DNA of 64,000 nt, from positions 64,001 through 128,000 of the forward strand of contig CAWEYL010000004.1 in the NCBI GenBank assembly GCA_963813335.1. Direction: 5' to 3'. Shown one piece after another: positions 1-9,080 of the stretch. Made by a program: the position numbers and the translations under genes. The DNA comes from an uncultured Chloroflexia bacterium (GTDB lineage Bacteria; Chloroflexota; Limnocylindria; Limnocylindrales; CSP1-4). Position 1 is the stretch's first letter. Each line of letters opens with the position of its first letter. The notes below the pieces were generated by a model. It was given only the letters and a program-made list of their open reading frames with translations. It ran no database searches and had not been told where the DNA came from.

Positions 1-766
1 AGAAGTCGGGGATGCCCGGCGGGACCATCAGCGCCCGGGGCGCGATCCGCGTCAGCGGCGACCCGGGCTCGTCGGGATCCTGGCGCAGGCGATACGACTG
101 GCGGTTCTGATAGCCCGTGAACGGGCCGCGGACGACCTCGATGGTCGAGAGCCACTTGACGCTCGCCATCCCGTACCAGCCGGGCACGACCAGGCGGACC
201 GGCGCGCCGTGCTGCGGCGGCAGCGGGGAGCCGTTCATCTCGTCGACCAGCAGGACCTCGGCGCGACGGGCCTCGTCGAGCGGCAGTGCCCTGGCGTAGG
301 CCTGCTCCGACCCGCCCTCCATCCCGCGGTCCAGCCCCGTGAACACCACCTCGTCGGCGCCGGGGTCCAGGCCCGCCTCCGCGAGCAGCGGCCAGAGCGC
401 GGTGCCGCCCCACTCGGCAGTGCCCACCGCCTCCTGCAGCCACGGCTGACTGAGCGGCCGCGGCTCCATCAGGGCGCGCCCGTTGCCGGCGCACTCGAGC
501 GTCACGGCGAGGCGTTCCCGCGGCCTGGACCGCAGGTCCGCGAGCGTCAGGCGCAGGCGACGCCCGACGCGGCCACCGATCTCGAGCACCCATGCGTCGG
601 GGTCCACGGCGGGCACGTCGTAGTGGATCAGCAGGTAGTGGAGGCCCGGCGGCGTGATCGGGTAGCGCAACGCCTCGAGCGGCAGGCCGTGGTTGCGCGT
701 CGCGAGCTGCAGCTCCTCGGGCGTCAGCCGCCCGGGCTCGCCGAACGTCGGTCCCGTGCCAGTCAC
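1..766 (-). CDS. Sulfite oxidase family molybdopterin oxidoreductase (3' end runs off window)
   Basis: Manual translation from GTG at 766: MTGTGPTFGEPGRLTPEELQLATRNHGLPLEALRYPITPPGLHYLLIHYD..TLECAGNGR..MNGSPLPPQHGAPVRLVVPGWYGMASVKWL; the ECAGN and HGxPxRLVVPGWYG motifs are typical of the family. Confidence 0.9.
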   Translation of the reverse strand, partial: MTGTGPTFGEPGRLTPEELQLATRNHGLPLEALRYPITPPGLHYLLIHYDVPAVDPDAWVLEIGGRVGRRLRLTLADLRSRPRERLAVTLECAGNGRALMEPRPLSQPWLQEAVGTAEWGGTALWPLLAEAGLDPGADEVVFTGLDRGMEGGSEQAYARALPLDEARRAEVLLVDEMNGSPLPPQHGAPVRLVVPGWYGMASVKWLSTIEVVRGPFTGYQNRQSYRLRQDPDEPGSPLTRIAPRALMVPPGIPDF

Positions 767-933
767 TCGACGCTCCCGATCATGGCGCTCCTCATCCGGG
801 CCGCTGGACGGCGACCCCCAGTGTGCCGCGTCCAGCGGAACGCCGACAAGGCCGGCGACACCCATGGGTCCCGACGGTTCCCGTGGAATACTGGCGCCGT
901 GCCTGACCGAACGTCGCCAGCGACCGCGGCCTG

Positions 934-1827
934 ATGCCCCACGGGGTCCGCTCGGCGGCGAGCGTCCGGCGGGGGCGTCTCGTCGTCGTCTTCGTCATCA
1001 CCGCCGCGGTCTTCGTGCTCGAGCTGATCGGCGGGTTCGTCGCGAACAGCCTCGCCCTGCTGGCCGACGCCGGGCATATGGCGACCGACCTCGGCGGGAT
1101 CGGCCTGGCCCTCGTCGCGATCTGGTTCGCCGGGCGCCCCGCCACCCGGGACCGCACGTTCGGCTACCTGCGGCTGGAGATCCTCGCCGCGGTCGTCAAC
1201 GCGGTCGTCCTCTTCGGGATCGCGGCGTTCGTCCTGTACGAGGCGTGGCGGCGCCTCGCCGAACCGCCCTCGATCCAGTCCGGGCTCATGCTCGCGATCG
1301 CGTTGGTCGGCCTGGCCGCGAACGCGATCTCGCTCGCCCTTCTCCACGACGCGCAGCGCGAGAGCCTGACCATGCGCGGCGCCTACCTGGAGGTGATGGG
1401 CGACCTCGCGGGATCGGTCGCCGTCATCGTCGCGGCGGTCGTCATCGCGACGACCGGCTGGACGCCGGCCGACGCCATCGCCTCGGCGCTCATCGGCGTG
1501 CTCATCATCCCGCGCACGTGGCGCCTCCTGCGCGAGGCCGTCGACGTGCTCCTCGAGGCGACGCCGAAGGGCGTCGACATGGCCGAGGTCCGGGCGCACA
1601 TCCTCGATGCCGACGGCGTGGCCGATGTCCACGACCTCCACGCCTGGACGATCACCTCGGGGATGGACGTCCTCTCCGCCCATGTCGTCCTCGCCGAGGG
1701 CGCGGACCCGCCGGCGGTGCTCGACGAGCTGTGCCGCTGCCTCTCGGGCGACTTCGACATCGAGCACTCGACCTTCCAGCTGGAGACCGCCGACCGGCGC
1801 CGGCTCGAGGAGGCGCATCACGCCTGA
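934..1827 (+). CDS. czcD: Cation diffusion facilitator (Zn/Co/Cd efflux, CzcD-like)
   Basis: SLALLADAGHMATD, TFGYLRLEILAA, DVHDLHAWTITSG and HSTFQLE motifs; multiple TM segments. Confidence 0.9.
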   Translation: MPHGVRSAASVRRGRLVVVFVITAAVFVLELIGGFVANSLALLADAGHMATDLGGIGLALVAIWFAGRPATRDRTFGYLRLEILAAVVNAVVLFGIAAFVLYEAWRRLAEPPSIQSGLMLAIALVGLAANAISLALLHDAQRESLTMRGAYLEVMGDLAGSVAVIVAAVVIATTGWTPADAIASALIGVLIIPRTWRLLREAVDVLLEATPKGVDMAEVRAHILDADGVADVHDLHAWTITSGMDVLSAHVVLAEGADPPAVLDELCRCLSGDFDIEHSTFQLETADRRRLEEAHHA

Positions 1828-1833
1828 AGTGCG

Positions 1834-3147
1834 CTAGTCGTCGGTCGCCGGCGTCGTCGCTCCCGTGTCGACGACGGGCTCGGGGTTCACGCCGGCCCAG
1901 GCGATCACGCGAGCCGCGGTCGTGCCCTGCACGAGCAGCGTGAACAGCACGATGCCGAAGACCGTCCCCGTGATGACGCCGCGCTGCGGGACATCGAGCG
2001 GGAGCGACAGGACGAGCGCGAAGGCGACCGCCCCGCGCAGCCCGGACCAGAACAGGACGTGGAACCAACCGGTCGGCATGGCGGCGATCTGGCCCCACTC
2101 GGGCCAGCCCGTCCGCCGGGCAGGTTCGGGCGCCGGCCCCGACGGCTGGCCGCCGGTCGTCCGGGCCGCGAGCCAGCGCAGGCCGCCCAGGATCCCGTAG
2201 ACCACGATCGCCCGCCCGATGACGATCGCGATGATCCCCCACACGATCGAATTGGCCGCCGCGACGAGGTCAGAGACCACGATCGACAGGCCGATCAGCA
2301 GGAACGCGAACGCGGTCAGGACGAAGGCGACGTATTCCCACACCGTGTCGATCGCCTGCCGCGTGCGCTCGCTGACGCCGGCCTGGGCGACGTCGCTGCC
2401 CAGAACGATCCCGGCGACCACCGTCGCGATCACCCCGGACTGACCGAGCCCGTTCGCGATCAGATACGTGCCATAGGCGACGACGAACGTCAACGTGAGC
2501 TCGACCAGGTGATCGTCGACGATCGAGGCCAGGCGGACGGCGACCAACCCACACAGCGCCCCGATCACGACGCTCGAGTAGATCGCGACCACGAAGGTCG
2601 CGACGCCGTTCACGGGGTCATAGCTCGCCCCGACCGCGGCCAGGGCGATGGCGAAGAGGACGATCCCGGTGCCGTCGTTGAAGAGGCTCTCGGCTTCGAC
2701 GAGGGCGGCGAGGCGCCGAGGCGCCCGCACGTCGCGCATCGTCGCGACGACCGCGACCGGGTCCGTCGCGGAGACGATGGCTCCGACGACGAATGCGATC
2801 GTGAGCGGCAGGCCGGTCGCCAGGTTCAGGACGATCGCGACCGTGATCGAGATCACGAGCACGCCCGGCACGGCGAGGAGTGTGATCCGGGCAACGACGT
2901 CGCGCAGGTCCGATATGTGGAGCCGGAACGCCGCCTCGAAGACGAGGCCGGGCAGCAGGGCGACGAGTACCAGGTCCGGCGTGACAGTGATCCGACCGGG
3001 CGCAAACGCCGCCACGATCAGGCCGAAGATCACCAGCGCCACGCTCAGCGGCAGTCGCACGCGGCGGACGACGAGCGCGACGAGCGTCAGCGCGCCGAGC
3101 AGCGCGACGAACAGCTCGATCGCGCCGAGGACCGGGTCGTCTTGCAT
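1834..3147 (-). CDS. Na+/H+ antiporter, CPA1 family
   Basis: ATDPVAV, EAESLFNDG and GLRGAVAFAL motifs; highly hydrophobic. Confidence 0.9.
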   Translation of the reverse strand: MQDDPVLGAIELFVALLGALTLVALVVRRVRLPLSVALVIFGLIVAAFAPGRITVTPDLVLVALLPGLVFEAAFRLHISDLRDVVARITLLAVPGVLVISITVAIVLNLATGLPLTIAFVVGAIVSATDPVAVVATMRDVRAPRRLAALVEAESLFNDGTGIVLFAIALAAVGASYDPVNGVATFVVAIYSSVVIGALCGLVAVRLASIVDDHLVELTLTFVVAYGTYLIANGLGQSGVIATVVAGIVLGSDVAQAGVSERTRQAIDTVWEYVAFVLTAFAFLLIGLSIVVSDLVAAANSIVWGIIAIVIGRAIVVYGILGGLRWLAARTTGGQPSGPAPEPARRTGWPEWGQIAAMPTGWFHVLFWSGLRGAVAFALVLSLPLDVPQRGVITGTVFGIVLFTLLVQGTTAARVIAWAGVNPEPVVDTGATTPATDD

Positions 3148-3244
3148 CGGGCCATGCTAGCGGGCCGCCGGTCGGCTCCGGACGCCGTCGTGCGGCTGCC
3201 GAGTCCGTCTCGACCGGGCCGGGCGACCGTCGTACGCTGTGCCC

Positions 3245-3712
3245 ATGCCGAGCCCGTACGCCGCCGACATCGACAACGAGCGCACGCACTGGTACGAGAT
3301 CGCCGCGCTCGTGCGCCGGCTCGAGCCGGACGAGTGCCTCGCCCCCGGCTACTACACGGATCCGGCGTGGACCGTCCGCGACGTGGTCGCCCATCTCGGG
3401 ACATGGCTGGCCGAGGCGCAGGCCCAGTTCGAGCGGATGGCGGCCGGAACGTACGAGGGCCACGACGTCGACATCGACGCCATGAATGCCGCCTTCCTTG
3501 CCGCGATGCAGGGTCAGCCCTGGGATGTCGCCTGGCTCCAGGCCAACGCCGCGCGGACCCGGATGGTCCAGACCTGGGAGGAGCTAGCCGAGCCTGACGA
3601 CGAGGCCGCCTGGTGGATCCGCAAGTCCGCGGTCGACCACTACCACGAACACCTCGACCGACTCCGCGAGTGGGTCGCCGAGCTGGAGGCGCGGCGGGCT
3701 GGCCCCGCCTGA
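3245..3712 (+). CDS. DinB/maleylpyruvate isomerase N-terminal-like four-helix-bundle protein
   Basis: WTVRDVVAHL near the N-terminus and HYHEHL near the C-terminus; TACGCT -10 box 6 nt before ATG 3245. Confidence 0.75.
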   Translation: MPSPYAADIDNERTHWYEIAALVRRLEPDECLAPGYYTDPAWTVRDVVAHLGTWLAEAQAQFERMAAGTYEGHDVDIDAMNAAFLAAMQGQPWDVAWLQANAARTRMVQTWEELAEPDDEAAWWIRKSAVDHYHEHLDRLREWVAELEARRAGPA

Positions 3713-3722
3713 ACCGCGGGCG

Positions 3723-4277
3723 CTACGGCCGGTCAGCGTCGGCTTCCGGCTGGTCCGCGATCCGGACGATGCCCGCGAGCAATGAGCCGATGACCAGGCC
3801 GATGGCCAGGCCCAGCAGGTTCTCGACGACATCCCACGCCTGACAGGAGCGGGCAAGGCCGGGCAGCAGCGCCTGGATCCCCTCGATCGCGAACGGCAGG
3901 GCCGCGGCGCCCAGCCCGGCCCCGATCAGCACGCTCCGGCGCGGGATGAGGCCGATGAACAGGCCCAGGGGCACGAACAGCAGCACGTTCTGGCCGTTGT
4001 CGCTGGTCAGCGACCACAGTTCGGACAGGCTGGGGGCCGGGACGAGACCCTGGCAGGTGATGGGTGCCGAGGAGTCGCCGCCGATCCCTGGGGTCAGCGT
4101 GATCGCGAGCACCGCTCCGAGGCTGAACAGCAGGAGCCCGGCCGGCAGGCGCGAGAGCCCGGTCCGGCGTGCCGACCAGGGTGCCGCGAGGGCGGCCGCG
4201 ATCCCCGCGACCAGCAGCGCGGGGTAGACGAGCGGCATGGTCGCGAGGGTCCGCGCGAACGAGCGGAGGACGTTCAT
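3723..4277 (-). CDS. VanZ-like membrane protein
   Basis: NVLLFVPLG, IEGIQ and DVVENLLG motifs; ATG 4277 overlaps the upstream stop (ATGA). Confidence 0.8.
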   Translation of the reverse strand: MNVLRSFARTLATMPLVYPALLVAGIAAALAAPWSARRTGLSRLPAGLLLFSLGAVLAITLTPGIGGDSSAPITCQGLVPAPSLSELWSLTSDNGQNVLLFVPLGLFIGLIPRRSVLIGAGLGAAALPFAIEGIQALLPGLARSCQAWDVVENLLGLAIGLVIGSLLAGIVRIADQPEADADRP

Positions 4278-5137
4278 CGGGCCGCCGCTGTCGTCGCTGC
4301 CGCCGAGACGACCGCCGCCGAGAAGGGCGGCCACGCCTCGAGCGCCCATGGACCGAAGTCGCGGTCGGTCAGCGCGATGAGGGCGAGATCGGCCAGCGGG
4401 TCGACCCACAGGAACCCGCCGGACCCGCCGAAATGACCGAAGGTGGCCGGGCTGTTGGCCTCCGCCATCCAGTGCGGCCGCTTGTCGCCGTGGATCTCGA
4501 CCCCCAGGCCCCAGTCGCAGTGCTCGTAGTTGCCGACCCCCGGGACGACGCCCGGGAGTCCGGGGAACGCCACGCTCCGCATCGCGGCCGCCGCCGCCGG
4601 GTCGAGCAGGGTCGGGCGCAGAAGCTCCTGGGCGATGCACGCGAGATCGGCGAGCGGCCCGTGCAGCCCCTGCGACGGTCGCTCGAGCAGACGCGTGCCC
4701 GTGGCACCGAGCGGCCCGAGGACCCAGGCCCCGAGGGCCGCCTCGAACGAGGTCCCGGCTCGCTCCGCGACCAGCCGGCCGAGCTCATCGAAGCCGGGGT
4801 TCGAGTAGATCCGCCGCGATCCGGGGGCGGCCAGGACCGCCGTCCCCTCGAACGGCAGCCCGGACGTGTGCGCGAGGAGGTGCCGGACCGTGGAGCGGGG
4901 TGGCCCTGCCGGCTCGTCGAGGCTGAGCAGTCCTCGTTCCGCCCCGACCAGGACGGCCAGTGCGGTCACGGGCTTCGTCACGGACGCCCAGCGGGACGTC
5001 CGCGCGAGGTCGCCGCGGCTCGCGACGATCCCGTCCGGACCGATGACCGCGGCCGCGGCGGTACTGGCGCCCCAGCCGTCGATCGCGGCCAGCGCGCCGG
5101 CGAACCTCGGGTCGTCGGCGTCGGATGCAGGTCCCAT
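4274..5137 (-). CDS. Serine hydrolase, beta-lactamase class C-like family
   Basis: SxxK (WASVTK), LLAHTSG, YSN and FGHFGGSG motifs. Confidence 0.88.
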   Translation of the reverse strand: MGPASDADDPRFAGALAAIDGWGASTAAAAVIGPDGIVASRGDLARTSRWASVTKPVTALAVLVGAERGLLSLDEPAGPPRSTVRHLLAHTSGLPFEGTAVLAAPGSRRIYSNPGFDELGRLVAERAGTSFEAALGAWVLGPLGATGTRLLERPSQGLHGPLADLACIAQELLRPTLLDPAAAAAMRSVAFPGLPGVVPGVGNYEHCDWGLGVEIHGDKRPHWMAEANSPATFGHFGGSGGFLWVDPLADLALIALTDRDFGPWALEAWPPFSAAVVSAAATTAAAR

Positions 5138-5262
5138 GGCGCCGAACGCTAGCACCGGCCGGGTCTGTGGTCCCACGCCGGGCGGCCCGGACGTCTGGGT
5201 CGGCGGCCGCTGGCCCGTCCGTCGGGGTGGCGGGACTTGCGTCGAGCCGTCACCATGGGCTC

Positions 5263-6870
5263 GTGCCAGTCCGCCGCCGGTCGTCGCTCGGGGCGCCGAT
5301 CGCCCTCGTCGCGCTGCTCCTCGCCTCGGTCGCGGCTCCCGCGAGCGCGTCGGCGAGCGAGTTCCCGGCCGGCTATACCGGGTACCACAGCTACACCGAG
5401 GTCGCCGCCGACGTCGCGGCCACCGCCGCCGCCCACCCGGACATCGTCCAGCGGTTCTCGATCGGCAAGAGCTACCAGGGCCGCGAGATGTGGGCCGTCA
5501 AGGTCTCGGACAACGTCACGGTCGACGAACCCGAGCCCGAAGTCCTCTTCGACGGCGGCACCCACTCCGACGAGCACATGGGCGTCGAGATGACGCTCAG
5601 CATCTTCCACTGGCTCGTCAACGGGTACGGCACGGACCAGCGCATCACCGACATCGTGAACTCGCGCGAGATCTGGATCGTCTTCATCGTCAACCCCGAT
5701 GGTGTCGAGCACGACATCTCGGGCGGCAGGTTCCACCTCTGGCGCAAGAACCGCCAGCCGACGCCGGGCACCACGTCGATCGGGACGGACCTCAACCGGA
5801 ACTACGGCTACAAGTGGGGCGGCGGCGGCCGGACCAGCACGAACCCGCAGGCGATCACCTATCGCGGGCCGAGCGCCTTCTCGGCGCCCGAGACGCGGAA
5901 CATGCGCGACTTCCTGGCCAGCCGGGTCGTCAACGGTCGCCAGCAGATCCGCACCGCCATCACCTTCCACGAGGATGGCCGGCTGGTGATGTGGCCGTAC
6001 GGCTACACCTACGCGAACATCCCGGCCGACATGACCGCCCAGGACCACAACGCGCTCGTCTCGATCGGCAAGCACATGGCGAGCACGAACGGGTACAAGC
6101 CCGAGCAGGCCAGCGACCTGTACATCACCTCCGGCACGACCCGTGACTACGAGTACGGGATGTACCGGATCTTCTCGTACACGTTCGAGATGTCGATCGG
6201 CGCCTACATGGACGATTCGAAGATCGCGTCCGAGACCGGTCGCAACAAGGCCGCCGTCCTGTACCTGATGGAGCGGGCGTGGTGCCCGCTCTCGGTGCTG
6301 GGCACGGCCGTCCGCCAGGCACGGTGCGGCGCCTTCGACGAGGACTTCGAGGTCTCCCGCGGCTGGACGATCAACCCCGACGGCACCGATTCCGCACCCG
6401 CGTCGGGCCGGTTCGCCCGCGGCACGCCGGCGGCCACCACCTACAACGGCCCCAAGCAACTCCACAACGTCCCTTCCGGCGCACGGGCGCTGGTGACCGG
6501 GCTGGCGGCGGGCACCGGCCCGAGCGCGGGCGACCTCGACGGGCGGACGACCGCCCGCTCGCAGCCGATCGCGCTGCCGGCCGCCACGGGCCAGCGTCTG
6601 ACGTTCCGGTATGTGTTCGCCCACGACGCGCGCTCGTCCGCGGCCGACTCGCTCCAGGCGATCGTCGAGAAGGGCGACGGCTCGCAGGTCGTCGTCTTCA
6701 CGACGTCCGGCACGGCCGCCGATGTCGACGGCGCGTGGCATAGCGCCTCGATCCCGCTGGACGCGTTCGCCGGCCAGACCATCCGGCTCCGCTTCACAGC
6801 GGTCGACGGCGGCCCGTCGAACGTCCTCGAGGTCGAGCTCGACGATGTCCGGGTGACCCGCCCGGGCTGA
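5263..6870 (+). CDS. Secreted M14 zinc carboxypeptidase (carboxypeptidase T-like) with C-terminal beta-sandwich domain
   Basis: Signal peptide; HSDE zinc motif, NPDG, WRKNR, DLNRN, FSAPET, TFH and TFE motifs; CACCAT 6 nt before GTG 5263. Confidence 0.88.
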   Translation: MPVRRRSSLGAPIALVALLLASVAAPASASASEFPAGYTGYHSYTEVAADVAATAAAHPDIVQRFSIGKSYQGREMWAVKVSDNVTVDEPEPEVLFDGGTHSDEHMGVEMTLSIFHWLVNGYGTDQRITDIVNSREIWIVFIVNPDGVEHDISGGRFHLWRKNRQPTPGTTSIGTDLNRNYGYKWGGGGRTSTNPQAITYRGPSAFSAPETRNMRDFLASRVVNGRQQIRTAITFHEDGRLVMWPYGYTYANIPADMTAQDHNALVSIGKHMASTNGYKPEQASDLYITSGTTRDYEYGMYRIFSYTFEMSIGAYMDDSKIASETGRNKAAVLYLMERAWCPLSVLGTAVRQARCGAFDEDFEVSRGWTINPDGTDSAPASGRFARGTPAATTYNGPKQLHNVPSGARALVTGLAAGTGPSAGDLDGRTTARSQPIALPAATGQRLTFRYVFAHDARSSAADSLQAIVEKGDGSQVVVFTTSGTAADVDGAWHSASIPLDAFAGQTIRLRFTAVDGGPSNVLEVELDDVRVTRPG

Positions 6871-6904
6871 CCTCGTCCGTCACCGCCCTGTCACGCTCCG
6901 TGAA

Positions 6905-6910
6905 TAGACT
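6905..6910 (+). promoter_or_regulatory. -10 box of a probable leaderless msrA promoter
   Basis: TAGACT exactly 6 nt before ATG 6917 with no SD; the same geometry recurs at many genes in the window. Confidence 0.6.
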
Positions 6911-6916
6911 GCGGCC

Positions 6917-7600
6917 ATGAGGTTCTTCAGTACCAAGCCCGCGTCCATCCCCTCCCCCGCCGAGTCCCTCCCCGGGCGGTCGTCCCCGATCATGACCCCG
7001 GGCATCCACCGGGTCCTCGGCACGCCGCTCGCCGGCCCGTGGCCCGCCGGCACGAAGACCGCGGTCTTCGGCCTCGGCTGCTTCTGGGGCGACGAGAAGG
7101 ACTTCTGGCAGGTCCCCGGCGTGGTGACGACGGCCGTCGGGTATGCCGGCGGCCATACCCCCAATCCCACCTACGAGGAGGTGTGCTCGAGCCGCACGGG
7201 GCACGCCGAAGTGGTGCTCGTCGCGTACGACCCCGCGAAGGTGACGTACGAGCGGCTGCTCAAGACGTTCTGGGAGAGCCACGACCCCACCCAGGGCATG
7301 CGCCAGGGCAACGACATGGGCACCAGCTACCGCTCGATCATCCTCGTCGCCGACGAGGAGCAGCGGGCTGCCGCCGAGGCCTCGAAGGCCATGTTCCAGG
7401 AGCGCCTGTCGGCCAAGGGCTACGGCGCCATCACGACCGAGATCGCGGATCGGGCCGACTTCCCGTTCTACTACGCCGAGGACTACCACCAGCAGTACCT
7501 CGACAAGAAGGGAAATGAGAACGGGTATTGCCCGGACCACCGCACCGGGGTCAAGCTGCCGGACGACTTCGTGGTGACGCCGCTGCAGTACGTGGACTGA
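6917..7600 (+). CDS. msrA: Peptide-methionine (S)-S-oxide reductase
   Basis: GCFWG active site, [37 protein letters not shown] and C-terminal GYC. Confidence 0.96.
   Translation: MRFFSTKPASIPSPAESLPGRSSPIMTPGIHRVLGTPLAGPWPAGTKTAVFGLGCFWGDEKDFWQVPGVVTTAVGYAGGHTPNPTYEEVCSSRTGHAEVVLVAYDPAKVTYERLLKTFWESHDPTQGMRQGNDMGTSYRSIILVADEEQRAAAEASKAMFQERLSAKGYGAITTEIADRADFPFYYAEDYHQQYLDKKGNENGYCPDHRTGVKLPDDFVVTPLQYVD
7523..7600 (+). repeat. msrA 3'-end repeat, copy 1 (the end of the intact gene)
   Basis: gggtattgcccggaccaccgcaccggggtcaagctgccggacgacttcgtggtgacgccgctgcagtacgtggactga = [25 protein letters not shown]. Confidence 0.9.
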
Positions 7601-7637
7601 GCCCGAAGCCAAGGCAGTGCCGCGGTAGGATGCAGGC

Positions 7638-8075
7638 GTGCGTGTCGTGGTTGCGGGTGCTCATGAGAAACGCCTCCGCGTACGCCCCGCAGCCGCTGTC
7701 CTGCTCCTCGCGGCTGGACTTGGTCTGGCCGGATGCTCGCCTTCCCAGTCCGACCTAATCATCTACAACCGGACGACCGTCCCAATCGCGGTCGTGACGT
7801 ACGACGACACGAACTACGTGGACGCATGTGCCTCTGCGCGATTCAGATGGACGCCTCGACTGACTCCGGTAAGCCCGGAGACCGTCCCATCGCCTCCACC
7901 TTCCGACTCGGTGCAGATTCTGCTCCCGGCGGACTACTTCCCGCCGCCGGATGGGCAGGGCTCCGCCGTCCGGTCGCTGGTCGTCACGAGTAGCGACGTC
8001 ATCACAGACTCGCCTCCGTTCGTGGAGCATCCTGACCCATCATTGCCACCATGCGAGGGTGTCCCCCCGGCATAG
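7638..8075 (+). CDS. Hypothetical lipoprotein (cargo gene 1)
   Basis: Lipobox LAGC; TAGGAT -10 box (7626-7631) 6 nt before GTG; visibly more A/T-ending codons than its neighbours. Confidence 0.7.
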   Translation: MRVVVAGAHEKRLRVRPAAAVLLLAAGLGLAGCSPSQSDLIIYNRTTVPIAVVTYDDTNYVDACASARFRWTPRLTPVSPETVPSPPPSDSVQILLPADYFPPPDGQGSAVRSLVVTSSDVITDSPPFVEHPDPSLPPCEGVPPA

Positions 8076-8102
8076 CGCCGGGCCAGCGGCAGTAGTCCCG
8101 CT

Positions 8103-8192
8103 GAGAATCCCCGGGGCTATTGCCCGAACCACTCGACCGGCGTGAAGCTGCCGGACGGCTTCGCGGTCACGCCGCTGCAGTACGTCGACTAG
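8103..8192 (+). repeat. msrA 3'-end repeat, copy 2 (orphan gene-end remnant)
   Basis: Translates as [29 protein letters not shown]; no start codon. Confidence 0.92.
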
Positions 8193-8302
8193 GCAGCTCA
8201 GGCCGCGGCATATCTAGGATCTCGTAACACGGTCGCAATGGCGGCGTCCTGGTTGGCAGGATGCGACGCAGAGTTCGCGAACAGGCGGTAGGAGGTCGAC
8301 CG

Positions 8303-8797
8303 ATGAGTGACCCGAGTGTCTATCGGGCCGACGGCGGCGCCGAAGAAACACCGCCTGTCGACGCTCGGGTACGATCGGGAACCAGCCGATCCATCACTCG
8401 TGGCTTCGCTTGTGGGCTGATCGGCGGGATCGCGATCGTCATGGCGATCGCCTGGGTGTCGAGCCTTCGCTTGAGCCTGAGCGTCGAGCAGGGCTTCATC
8501 GGGGCATGCATCTTGGCCACATGCGTCGGGCTGCTCACGGCTTGGGTTTCGCGCGGGTTCAGGGGCCTGGCGGGGCTCCTCATCGGAGGATACGTCGGAG
8601 GGCTCGTCGGAATCTGGATCACGAACTCCGCAAACGATGGCATTGGCACCGGAGACGTTGGTTTCTATGACTTCGCCGGGGCCATGGTAAGAGCAGCGAT
8701 CTGGTTCACTTGGCCTGTATTGACAACCGTCGGTTACGGCGTCGGCCGAGGTCTCTTCGACTCTCGGAAGACACCCGGCGGGGCTGCCGCGCCATGA
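8303..8797 (+). CDS. Hypothetical membrane protein, about 4 TM (cargo gene 2)
   Basis: GGAGG SD before ATG 8303; Gly-rich hydrophobic helices; atypical codon use. Confidence 0.7.
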   Translation: MSDPSVYRADGGAEETPPVDARVRSGTSRSITRGFACGLIGGIAIVMAIAWVSSLRLSLSVEQGFIGACILATCVGLLTAWVSRGFRGLAGLLIGGYVGGLVGIWITNSANDGIGTGDVGFYDFAGAMVRAAIWFTWPVLTTVGYGVGRGLFDSRKTPGGAAAP

Positions 8798-8904
8798 TCC
8801 GGCGACGTACTGTCCCGGGAACCTTCGATCGGAAACCCTAGGCGGCCGCCGAACCCCCCCACGCAGGACCGGTGTCTCATGGCGCGCCTCCGGCATTACG
8901 CTGA

Positions 8905-9004
8905 CCTGTCTCAGAACCCCCCGAGCCTATTGCCCGAACCACACTCGACCGGCGTGAAGCTGCCGGATGACTTCGTGGTCACGCCCTTCCAGTACGTAGA
9001 CTGA
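8905..9004 (+). repeat. msrA 3'-end repeat, copy 3 (decayed, with indels)
   Basis: cagaacccccc..tattgcccgaaccac[ac]tcgaccggcgtgaagctgccggatgacttcgtggtcacgcccttccagtacgtagactga = [27 protein letters not shown]. Confidence 0.9.
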
Positions 9005-9080
9005 CGCCAAGACCGCTCGGTCGTGAGCCGGTCGGCCCGTTGACCGACCGGCTCCACGACGGTCGGCAGGAGGACGCGAG

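Noticed and set aside
3723-5137. Antibiotic-resistance cassette (VanZ plus beta-lactamase)
   Set aside because: Both belong to broad families (esterase-type serine hydrolase, generic VanZ-like), and there is no van cluster or mobile context.
7523-9004. CRISPR array or integron attC interpretation of the repeats
   Set aside because: The repeats are 80-100 bp of coding-derived, non-palindromic sequence with gene-sized spacers, and there is no cas or intI gene in the window.
7523-9004. Diversity-generating retroelement TR/VR pair
   Set aside because: Differences are largely synonymous and not adenine-specific, and there is no reverse transcriptase in the window.
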